Virus record (IMG/VR): IMGVR_UViG_3300046653_000093
Coordinates: 1 to 64,000 of that record
Direction: 5' to 3' (one strand)
DNA length: 64,000 bases
The notes under the pieces were generated by a model. It saw only the letters and a program-made list of their open reading frames with translations. It was not told the DNA's origin and did not search any database. This document shows positions 47,236 to 56,726 of the stretch, one piece after another (position 1 is the stretch's first letter; every line of letters starts with the position of its first letter). Made by a program: the position numbers and the translations under genes.

Positions 47236-49861
47236 ATAGCCAACGAAGATAGCCGTAGGGATAGGGATATAGTGCTCGCACCAAACGAGTACATGTACGT
47301 TAGCGATCAAACCAAGGGAAACATTGACGTTTTCGTTGGTCCCACCAAGCAGAGTTTGTCGGGAACTGATCAGCCCGTAATTTTTGATGACAAGTCAAAA
47401 CGATTTATTCCGGCCGAGACGCAAGATCAGGCAAAGCAATTGAGTAAGACAGCCCCCGAAGGCTGGTATATTGTTTTGAAAAATCCGGCGCAGAACGGAA
47501 AGCAACCTACTGCAAATTCCGGAAAATTGTCCAGCGCAGATTTGGACGTGGGCAAGAAAGTCATCGTACCAGGCCCGGTTACATTCTGTCTGTGGCCAGG
47601 TCAAATGGCCAAGATACTCAAGGGCCATCACCTTCGTTCCAATCAATACCTGCTATGATGAGTACGAGGCTCACCAGAATTGGAAGAAGGCTGTTGTCAA
47701 GGCAGTTGCCCCAACTGATGCAGTGAAGGCCGACCCCGCTACCTGCAAGATAGGGGAGCTGGCTGATTCTCCACCACCTCCACCGCTTACCCTGCCCGAT
47801 CCTCCAAACTTGACAATGGGTCAAGTGATCGTGATCAAGGGTACTGACGTTTCATTCTACATTCCGCCAACTGGTGTTGAAGTTGTTCCAGATGACGATG
47901 GCCAACTGGTCCGAGAGGCTGTCACACTTGAACGTCTCGAATACTGCTTGCTGATGGATGAGCAGGGAACCAAACGATACGAGCGCGGCCCCGCCGTTGT
48001 CTTCCCAGAGCCCACCGAAGTGTTCATCACTCGTGAAGGTCAAGATGGAGAGCCTGTTCGCAAGTTCCGCGCAATCGAACTGAGCGAAAACTCTGGCATC
48101 TACATCAAGGTTATTGCCGAGTACACAGATAACAAGACTGTGCATAAGGTTGGCGAAGAGCTGTTCATTACCGGGAAAGACAAGATGATCTATTTCCCGC
48201 GTGAAGAGCACGCCATCGTCAAGTACGAGAATCGCGAGATTCATTATGCAATCGCGATTCCTGCCGGCGAAGCGCGGTACGTTCTCGATCGCAACAAGGG
48301 TACTGTTTCCTTGGTTGTTGGTCCAAAGATGTACCTTCCAGATCCTAGAAACGAAGTTATCGTTCGAAGAATCCTTCCATACAAGACCTGCAGCTTGCTG
48401 TACCCGGACAACACCACCGCCTTTGCTCACAACGCTAGGTTGGCCGGTGTTGATCTTGATACATACATGAGCCATCAGGGCGCTGAGGCGGTTAGTGCGG
48501 CAGTGGCAAACGCTCCTGCGGCAGCGATGAACTTCCTAGCTGCGACGATGGATTACGAATCTTCGCATGTGATGTCTCGTTCGATTGGCAGCACAGAGAC
48601 TTCGCGCGGGCTTGGCACAAAGGCTGGGACAAAAGCAGCTGGCGATGCATTCCAACGCAAGACCAAGTACACCGAGCCTCGTTCAATTGTGCTTTCAACC
48701 AAGTACGATGGTGCGGTTGCCATCAATGTCTATACCGGCTACGCAGTTATGCTGGTTAAATCGGATGGTTCACGGCGCGTTGTCGAAGGACCGCAGACCG
48801 TTCTGCTCGATTATGATGAGACTCCTGAAATTCTTGAGTTGTCTACTGGTAAGCCGAAGACGACGGACAATCTGTTCCGCACCGCCTATCTGCGCACCAT
48901 GGCAAACAAGATTGGTGACATCATCGAAGTTGATACGAGTGACTTCTGCAAGTTCCAGTTGAAGCTATCCTATCGAATGGACTTTACTGGCACGCCAGAG
49001 TCTTGGTTTGGCGTAGAGAACTACGTCAAGTTCTTGTGCGATAATCTTCGCTCGCGTCTCAAGAATGCTGTTCGCAAGCACGGCGTTGAAGACTTCTACA
49101 AGAACAGCACTGACATCATCCGTTCTGCAGTTCTCAAAGAAGCAACTGATGGTAGCTTTGGCCCACGGCTATTCCCAGAGAATGGAATGCAGATTTATGA
49201 CGTCGAGGTTCTCAAGGTCAGCCTTGTCAATGACGACATTGAGAAACTGATCGCGCAATCGCAGAAGGCAATCATCCAGACCACGATTGCTCTGGCCAAC
49301 CAGAAGAGAACTCTGGAAGCTGGTATTCAAGAAGAAGACATCAAGCAGCAAATGGCCGAGGTCAAAGCCAAGACCAATGCTCGAATTTTTGAGCTGGAAG
49401 CCGAGGAGGCTAAGCGCAAGCAGGAGTCTCAAACAGTTGTCATCGAAGCGCAATCCGAAACGACAGCTCTCAAGCTCACCAAAGAACTCGAAGCCCAGCA
49501 GTCAAAGAACGCAGTGTCACTTGAAGCGCGCAAGAATGAGCAAGCGATTGCTGATTTCGAACTCGCTCAAGAGAAGCAACGACTCGACCTCAAGATCGCT
49601 ATGATCCAGGCCGAGATTGAAGCTATCGTCAAGAAGTCCGGCGCAATCACGCCAGACCTCATCTCTGCTCTTCAAGCCTTCGGAGATAAGGATCTTGTGC
49701 TCAAGGCTGCCGAAGCGATGGCTCCTCTGTCCATCATTGGTGGTTCAAGCATTGGCGATGTTCTTTCGCGGTTGCTTGCTGGAACTAAACTTGAGAGCAT
49801 TGCCAAGCTAGCTACAAGCAATGGAGCTAGCAACGGAGCTTCTCAAAGCGCTCACCGATAA
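47236..49861 (+). pseudogene. major vault protein (MVP)-like gene split by one frameshift near 47654
   Basis: repeated beta modules ending GP/GEE; SPFH-like shoulder YVKFLCDNLRSRLKNAVRKHGVEDFYKNSTDIIRSAVL; FPENGMQIYDVEV; long cap helix; AGGAG SD before ATA at 47236. Confidence 0.78.
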
Positions 49862-49887
49862 TCGAATCTGATTGTTCGTATTGGGTT

Positions 49888-49925
49888 GAAGGCCCAGGTA
49901 GATGCCTACCTGGGCCCTTCATTTT
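49888..49925 (+). terminator. intrinsic terminator after the MVP-like gene
   Basis: GGCCCAGGTAG-ATGC-CTACCTGGGCC followed by a T-rich tail. Confidence 0.8.
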
Positions 49926-50330
49926 AACTGTATCTATTTTTGGAATATATTAAAGCACAATCAGCAAGATTGTTTATGTGCTGATGTAAATCTCTATTAA
50001 CTTGATTAGACACTACTTTTAGTGCGGCAGTTAATAATTCATCAGCTAGTCTTAATGTGTTATCAATTTCAGCTTTAGTCTTTTTCATAAATTCTCCAAT
50101 TAGGAATTGTCTTCTGGAACTGGCCACGCCCCTGGATTCTGTTGCCTGAATTCGTTCACTCGCTGCTGCCAATTATCGTAACGCTCGAAAAATGAACGCA
50201 TCCTTCTTTGGCCGGCTCCCAGTTCACTATTTACAGCCCTGCCCAAAAGCCATCCCTCTTGCTCCAAAATGTACGCGCCTTCTGCTTCTAATTCCTGTCT
50301 AGTTGTAATCATATCATCACCTATACCTAC

Positions 50331-50359
50331 ATAGTAGTACTATATCCTACATATGTCAA
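50331..50359 (-). promoter_or_regulatory. sigma70-type promoter
   Basis: TTGACA-17-TACTAT on the minus strand upstream of the ORF starting at 50312. Confidence 0.6.
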
Positions 50360-50675
50360 TGGGTATAGAAAAAACGTCTGACCGGACAAATTATTCAACG
50401 AGAGCAACTCGAACGCGCTTGCGGCCCATTAAAGTATTGAGGGCTGATTTAGTAATACAACTCCCTCCAATTTTCTCATAAACAAGCCATCCAAGTTTCA
50501 TTGTTTTACATTCATCAGCTGGCAATACAATAATTTCTTGTACTGATTTTATTTTCTCGCCGTCCACTAGAACATCAACGCCTGAATATGAGTGTTCACT
50601 TAATTGATTATCGGTCATGCCAATCATTTTGGCAAATAAAAACTCTCGACCATTAGGATATTATGGCATGTGAAT

Positions 50676-50915
50676 ATGCCATTCCGAAGCAAAAGACAAC
50701 AGAGGTTATTCTTCGCCACAATGCCAGAGCTGGCGAAGGAGTGGGCTGATAAGACTGACTTCTCAAAATTACCAGAGAAGGCAAGAAAGAAGAAGAAGCA
50801 CAGTGAGTGCGATGATATAGATGATCAGTCAAAGAACAAGGATGATTGTGGTGAAAAGGCTTTACAGTTTGCGGCACAATACGAACGTCTTGTTTCTCTG
50901 TTAAAGGATGGATAA
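50676..50915 (+). CDS. small phage hypothetical protein
   Basis: MPFRSKRQQRLFFATMPELAKEWADKT..LPEK. Confidence 0.7.
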   Translation: MPFRSKRQQRLFFATMPELAKEWADKTDFSKLPEKARKKKKHSECDDIDDQSKNKDDCGEKALQFAAQYERLVSLLKDG

Positions 50916-51002
50916 ATGGCATCTCAAATTATAGTAATTGGAATTTGCAGTTTGGCGACTGCTATCCTATGTGCATCATTGTTGGTTGCAGTTTCAGAAT
51001 TA

Positions 51003-51812
51003 TTACTGGAACCAAAGTAAATTCTCTAGCGATGTTTCCTGCTGAGGCTTTGGTGGCAATAGAGAATCTACTGATGGCTGTGGTTTTGGAGTAATTGGAG
51101 CATTTACGTTCTTACTCATTACACCTATCTGGTTAAGGATAGAACTGTCAGTTGTCACTGGTAAGAAGTTACCAGGAGATTGCTGACTCCAAGCTGGAGA
51201 TTCGCCAAGCGCTGAGGCAATAGAATCTACATTCTTTTGTATGGCGTTTGCATGAACCCTAATACGTTCTGCAAAATCTGGAGCTGTGCCTTCGAAGTAA
51301 TTCGTGTACCACATAGCTCTTGAGAAAGCGTTTGTATCTCCACTTCTAGCTGCGGCTTGAATCAGCTCTCCGCGACTTGGACCATTGATACTGGGGCCCA
51401 TTGCACGATTGGCATTGTTTGGATCTGGCATTCTCTGCTTTAGGTTTGCTTTGAAAAGATTTTTTATAACATCCGCAGCTCCTGCAATATCATCTGGATA
51501 TGCTTTGAAGTTGGTAATATACTTTCCTTGGGCACTAGAATCTTGATGAGAGAAGCTATTTTCTTTGCTTTTGGTTTGAACGGCTCCCCAATTATGAGAT
51601 CCAGATCCCTGATCTTTCCATCCTTTGCCGTAATTTGATTCAAGATCTGAAACAGCCATAACGATTTGGCGCTCAGCAGGAGTAGGCGTTCTACCCATTA
51701 CCTGTCGAAAAGCCTGATCTACAACTCCAGCAGCCCAACGATGAAGATCGGCATGGGCGGCGGCAGAGAAGGCTGCTTCTTTATAAATTGAGGCAAATCG
51801 CAGTACTTGCAT
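51003..51812 (-). CDS. putative peptidoglycan hydrolase (glucosaminidase/lysozyme-like)
   Basis: LESNYGKGW, HNWGAVQ, FKAY motifs resemble GH73/FlgJ. Confidence 0.6.
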   Translation of the reverse strand: MQVLRFASIYKEAAFSAAAHADLHRWAAGVVDQAFRQVMGRTPTPAERQIVMAVSDLESNYGKGWKDQGSGSHNWGAVQTKSKENSFSHQDSSAQGKYITNFKAYPDDIAGAADVIKNLFKANLKQRMPDPNNANRAMGPSINGPSRGELIQAAARSGDTNAFSRAMWYTNYFEGTAPDFAERIRVHANAIQKNVDSIASALGESPAWSQQSPGNFLPVTTDSSILNQIGVMSKNVNAPITPKPQPSVDSLLPPKPQQETSLENLLWFQ

Positions 51813-52172
51813 ATAGCTGATACCAAAAAAGTGGCATACTAATCATCCGGAAATTCCAGATAGCTGGTAATATCTTTATATCTTATTAATCAGATGGAGA
51901 TATGTGATGCAAACACTTCCAGGAACAAAGAACACTATTACCAGGATCGCGGAAGCCTCTGAGACTTTCCGTGCTACGGTTGAAAACGTGCAGCTGGATA
52001 AAAAGTGCGCAAAGCCATCAACTGACATTGACAGTCTCCTGAAGATGGCTAGCTTATTTGCAGAGTCAACAATGACGTAGGTTTCTAAATTTCATTGGTC
52101 GAGAGGGCCTCCTGTAATCCGAATAAAACCAACACAAGTTTTATTCGATAGATATTGTTACAGGAGTTTAAT

Positions 52173-52532
52173 ATGGAAAATGAAATTAAGTTTGATGAAG
52201 AAACACGAAAGCTAATCAGGGCGTTCCGCGCTAAGGTTTCTGATGGACAATATGCCAGCAGAGCAACGCTATTAGCGTATTCTTTTCTTAAGCGGCGTCC
52301 TTATGTTGCATTAGAGAAGAAGATCAATGAGGATCATCCTAGCTTTGGGATTGGAAGAGATTCTTTCCTAAGCAATCTGGCATATGATATTGCACACGAG
52401 ATTAATAATTTAGTATTATCAGATACCAATGATGAATTGATTGCGCCGTCTGGTTTAAGAGATGACATTCAGCATTGGATTATGAAGAAGTACGAACCAG
52501 CCGCTGCTATTGCAGAAGAGAAAGCTGCATGA
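52173..52532 (+). CDS. hypothetical protein, first gene of the amber-suppression cassette
   Basis: AGGAG SD; RATLLAYSFLKRRPYVALE; stop overlaps the next start (ATGA). Confidence 0.75.
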   Translation: MENEIKFDEETRKLIRAFRAKVSDGQYASRATLLAYSFLKRRPYVALEKKINEDHPSFGIGRDSFLSNLAYDIAHEINNLVLSDTNDELIAPSGLRDDIQHWIMKKYEPAAAIAEEKAA

Positions 52533-52870
52533 CGTAGATTTCTGAAGGAGATAAACTTTACGTCATTACTAGGTCTGATCTTTCAAAGGGATATCAGGCA
52601 GTTCAATCTATTCATGCACTTCGTTAGTTCGTGAATGATCATCCTGATATAGATAGGGAGTGGTATTCTAAATCAAACTATTTGGGACTTCTTTCTGTCA
52701 AGACCGAGAATGAGCTTTCTGAGTTGTTTAGAAAAGCTTGCCAATATGGCATTAGATGTTCAGTATTTAGAGAACCAGATATTGGTGATCAAATTACAGC
52801 CATCGCCTTGGAACCCGGCCCCATATCCAAAAGGCTTTGTTCCAAGTTACCATTGGCCTTGAAGGATTAA
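52529..52870 (+). CDS. PTH2-like peptidyl-tRNA hydrolase with two in-frame TAG codons
   Basis: MT*ISEGDKLYVITRSDLSKGYQAVQSIHALR*FVNDHP..FREPDIGDQITAIAL; TAG at 52535 and 52625. Confidence 0.8.
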
Positions 52871-52887
52871 CACTTACAGCTTACAAT

Positions 52888-52977
52888 GTGCCCGTCGCTC
52901 AGTGGTCGAGAGCAACAGATTCTAAAACTGTCGCAGCCGAGAGGCTGCCATCGTGGGTTCGACCCCCACCGGGCACA
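52888..52977 (+). tRNA. amber suppressor tRNA (anticodon CTA), class II
   Basis: acceptor GTGCCCG/CGGGCAC; D-stem GCTC/GAGC; ACAGA-TTCTAAA-ACTGT; variable arm GCAGCC-GAGA-GGCTGC; T-arm GTGGG-TTCGACC-CCCAC. Confidence 0.85.
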
Positions 52978-53113
52978 CTATTATGGAACAAGAACCAGAA
53001 GAGCCGGTCCACGAACCTCCACCAAAAGAGCACCCAGATATCGAGCTTGATGGTGGTGGCAAACTTACTTGGTGCGAAATATGTGAATCATATTGGCAAT
53101 GCGGGTGTGGGTA

Positions 53114-54067
53114 ATGCCAAAAAAGATAATTGTAGTTACCAAGAAAACATCTTATTCAAAATACATCCAAGACCAAGATGATGTCGGTTCAAAGGAGTTA
53201 TTGCTAAGTGCAAATCCAGCTGTTGCGTTTTGGAAATCATCTCACAACAGTCATATGAAGACTCTTGATATTGTTGTGTCGGAGATTCAAAAACAGAATT
53301 TTGTCTGCCACGTAATTGATTCTAAATCATTTGTTGCCGAGCCAGATGATGTTGAAATGGTTGTTACTGTTGGAGGAGATGGGACATTACTATCAGCTTC
53401 TCACAACGTAAATAGTGCACTGCCAATTCTTGCAGTCAACTCCGATCCATCAACTAGTGTTGGGTTCTTCTGCTATACAACATCAAATACTTTTCAAAAT
53501 CATTTATCATTAGCATTAGATGGTAAATGTCCCAATACAATTCTAACAAGAATGAGTGTTAGAAAGAATAATAAGATAGTTGCGAATAGAATATTGAATG
53601 ACGTATTGTTCTGTCATACAAATCCAGCGGCAACATCTAACTACATCATTCAATTAATGAGTCGCCGCTCCCTAACTCCAGCGGCTGGAATGTCTGTTGG
53701 ATCGCGCGTTTCTCCGATGTCGCTGCAGGAAACTCAAAGATCAAGCGGAATATGGGTTGGACCTGCAGCGGGTAGTACGGCGGCTAGGCGTTCTGCCGGG
53801 CTTTCGCCGATGGATCTTGAATCTAAAGACTTGCAATTGGGGGTCAGGGAGTTGTACTATAAGCCATCCTCGAAGCCAGGCACACGATTTATGATGGCTG
53901 CCCCAGGGCAATTCATCAAAGTAATTAGCAAGATGGATAGTTCTGCTATGTATCTTGATGGAGATTACAGTGTAATTCCTGTTGGTCTTGGAGATGAAAT
54001 AAACTTCGAGAAATCCGATGACTCTCTGCAACTCTTAGGAAAACCAAATGTATTTTGTGGTAAATAG
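53114..54067 (+). CDS. NAD(+) kinase
   Basis: VTVGGDGTLL, LNDVL, SSGIWVGPAAGSTA, LDG. Confidence 0.9.
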   Translation: MPKKIIVVTKKTSYSKYIQDQDDVGSKELLLSANPAVAFWKSSHNSHMKTLDIVVSEIQKQNFVCHVIDSKSFVAEPDDVEMVVTVGGDGTLLSASHNVNSALPILAVNSDPSTSVGFFCYTTSNTFQNHLSLALDGKCPNTILTRMSVRKNNKIVANRILNDVLFCHTNPAATSNYIIQLMSRRSLTPAAGMSVGSRVSPMSLQETQRSSGIWVGPAAGSTAARRSAGLSPMDLESKDLQLGVRELYYKPSSKPGTRFMMAAPGQFIKVISKMDSSAMYLDGDYSVIPVGLGDEINFEKSDDSLQLLGKPNVFCGK

Positions 54068-54251
54068 ATCTTTTTCTGATATGTCAGACGCAATAAAGGC
54101 CTGTAGTTCTGGATCTATTAGTGACATGATTACTGATAAATATGGCACCATTTTGATGAAGCACGAAGAGGTGCCAATTGAAGATATCTACGGAATGATG
54201 ATTGCTAAGCAGCTTCTTACTCGTTCACACTTATTGATGATAGAGGGTTAA

Positions 54252-54728
54252 ATGATTCTTGGAATAACTGGGCACAGACCCAGTGTCTTAGGCTGTGGTT
54301 ACGATATACCAAATCCAACTTATGACCGTATCTGTCAACAGATAAAAGGTGAATTCATCGAGCTAAAACCAGAGAAGATAATTTCTGGTATGGCCCTTGG
54401 GGTAGATCAGTGGGCCGTGAGTATTGCAATGGAACTTGGAATACCTTTCATTGCAGCTGTGCCTTTCAAGGGACAAGACTCACGGTGGCCAGTTAAGAGT
54501 AAAAAGATCTACGAGGATATGTTGGGCTCGGCAGATCGAATAGTCATCATTGGAGAACTTACCTCAAATAACTTTGCCGAACTAATGTTCTTGCGCAATA
54601 GATGGATTGTTGACAACTCATCAGAACTGTTAGCGGTATGGAATGGAGATCGTAAGGGCGGTACATTCTCTGCTATCAATTATGCTGAGAAGAAATCAAA
54701 TTACCATATTCGCGTCATAAAACCATGA
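54252..54728 (+). CDS. SLOG-family protein (YspA/DUF1273-like)
   Basis: ITGHRP, ISGMALGVDQWA, RNRWIVDNS, GGT. Confidence 0.88.
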   Translation: MILGITGHRPSVLGCGYDIPNPTYDRICQQIKGEFIELKPEKIISGMALGVDQWAVSIAMELGIPFIAAVPFKGQDSRWPVKSKKIYEDMLGSADRIVIIGELTSNNFAELMFLRNRWIVDNSSELLAVWNGDRKGGTFSAINYAEKKSNYHIRVIKP

Positions 54729-55158
54729 CTGATACAATACCAATCGCAAATAGAAAAGTTTTACTTGGTAAGTATACCAGCCGCCTAAACAAAATTCACC
54801 TAGTAATTGGGTGGACTCATTTCCATCATTGGTATATTGATTGGAAGTGGGCTGGTGAAGAGTATAAATCTAGAATGCTTTTCAGATTCGGATCCGATGA
54901 GGCGTGGGTTCAAGCAGAATCATTTGAAGATGATTTGCTAACCACATATAAATTCGGAAAAGAAAAATGATTTGGCGCATATGGGCAAAGGCAATAGGCC
55001 AAAAAGACGGTAAGAGTGATAGAGAATCTGATGTCATTGCAATTATAAGAACATTCTTTGTTCTACTTGCAATCGTTACCAATATAATGATTATTATTGG
55101 TATAATTAGGCATTGGTAATATTCTTGTCGAGGGAGCTTCGGCATCCAGATCCATTTC

Positions 55159-55656
55159 ATGGATCCTACAACTGTAGAGTTGATAAAAACTCTAGCCAAG
55201 GCTAGATATCTTAGTAAGCGTGCTGTTGGAATTTCCAGTCAAAGATATGATGGAAGTGAATGCTCTATAGATAACGATATTAACGCTACTGCTGCCGAGT
55301 ATTTCGCCGCCCAACAATACAACCAGCCATTCGATGCAACTGTAGGTAAACGCGGCGATGGCGGTAGTGATTTTTCTTTGTCACTATCGATTGAAGTGGT
55401 ATGGTTAGGGGTCCAGAAGGACGGGTCGCCGCGTGATAAGGGGCACCTAATCGTAAATCCAGATGAGCCACAACGGTGGGCTGATATATACATTGTAGTA
55501 AAGGGATCGGTTGATACTGACTTTGAAGAGGTTGGTTGGATTCCTCATAAGGCATTAATTAAGTTACCAAAGAAGGATTTTGGGTTTGGTGATAAATTCG
55601 CTTGCGATATCTCCCAGCTCAAGAGTCCTGAACTTCTAAAGGCTCTGGTTAAATAA
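55159..55656 (+). CDS. hypothetical protein
   Basis: AAEY..GDGGSDF, possibly a nuclease fold. Confidence 0.55.
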   Translation: MDPTTVELIKTLAKARYLSKRAVGISSQRYDGSECSIDNDINATAAEYFAAQQYNQPFDATVGKRGDGGSDFSLSLSIEVVWLGVQKDGSPRDKGHLIVNPDEPQRWADIYIVVKGSVDTDFEEVGWIPHKALIKLPKKDFGFGDKFACDISQLKSPELLKALVK

Positions 55657-55823
55657 TATGGACAATATTGAATGCCAAGATTGTAACAATGGCGGGCAAT
55701 GCTGGGAACATAGTTCTGATGCAGCGTGCGAATATTGTAACACAATCCCCTGTGAATACCTGCATTGGAATTTGCCATTTTGTTCTACGCAGTGCATTAA
55801 TTTGTATCTAAAGAGGTTTTACG

Positions 55824-56213
55824 ATGAGCAGGCTGCCAAAAACAAAATCTAGACCAATTGTTATCGATGGACGTAAGTTCCGATGGTTATTGAGTGGTAG
55901 AAATAGATATAGTGGTAAAGCACCGGTTGCCACCACTATTTCAATCCAAGAAGATTTGGAACATCCAGGTCAAACGCTTCAGTGTACAGCTGTATCAAAT
56001 GAATTACTAGAAGCCCCATACCAGTCAGAGGTCGAGCGATACGGAGTGTGCAAAACCTCAATCGTACCCTCTGATATAGAAAAGATCATTCGAGCTGGGC
56101 TTGCGCGCGGCTGGAACCCAGCGGAAGGTAATGGTACTTTTCATCCTGGTAACTTGAAACTTGCACAATATACAGTAACAGAAAAAGAACCTGTTCATTA
56201 TTACTTTGGGTGA
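55824..56213 (+). CDS. hypothetical protein
   Basis: KSRPIVIDGRKFRW..IRAGLARGWNP. Confidence 0.65.
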   Translation: MSRLPKTKSRPIVIDGRKFRWLLSGRNRYSGKAPVATTISIQEDLEHPGQTLQCTAVSNELLEAPYQSEVERYGVCKTSIVPSDIEKIIRAGLARGWNPAEGNGTFHPGNLKLAQYTVTEKEPVHYYFG

Positions 56214-56726
56214 AACTTATGAATTATATACAAAATACTCAAACTGAAGAATCACCAAACGTTGGTGATTTAGCTCTCAATGAAGACGGCGCTCTTGGTA
56301 TAGTCACTGCTGTACGTAGATACGGTTCTTACATGTCCTGCTCTGGTGTACATGTATCAAATGATTATGCGCCAAAAGGATCTGTTTGGGAAAGTAAGAA
56401 TCCCAGAGTAATTGGTTGTGTGGATGATGCTAAGGCTTTTGTAGAAAGCCGTGAACTACCCTTGCCTAAAGGCAAGGGCTTCTTGGATCGTCATTGATCC
56501 AACATAAGTAGATGTTAATTTCTTGCTTGATTTCGCTGCAAAGTCAAAGTCTTCAAGAAAGAAAAAGGTTATAAACGAAGTGATCGTTGAGAGAATATCT
56601 CAAGAGAAAGTTCGTAATTTCGTATTGAATCAGCCAGCTGAAGTTCTAAGAGATTTGATGGTCTGATCGCCCGGTTCACTGTGTTCATTGACAGCACATT
56701 GACATTTCTGGTATAAGCGCCCACAC

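Noticed and set aside
47640-47660. Programmed ribosomal frameshift in the MVP-like gene
   Set aside because: No slippery heptamer or obvious stimulatory structure; a small deletion or assembly error is more likely
52888-52977. Pyrrolysine tRNA (pylT)
   Set aside because: tRNA-Pyl has a very short variable loop and a 6-bp anticodon stem; this tRNA has a long variable arm and no pyl genes are visible
52837-53181. 114-aa ORF spanning the suppressor tRNA
   Set aside because: TTG start inside the PTH2-like gene and overlaps the tRNA; no recognisable motif
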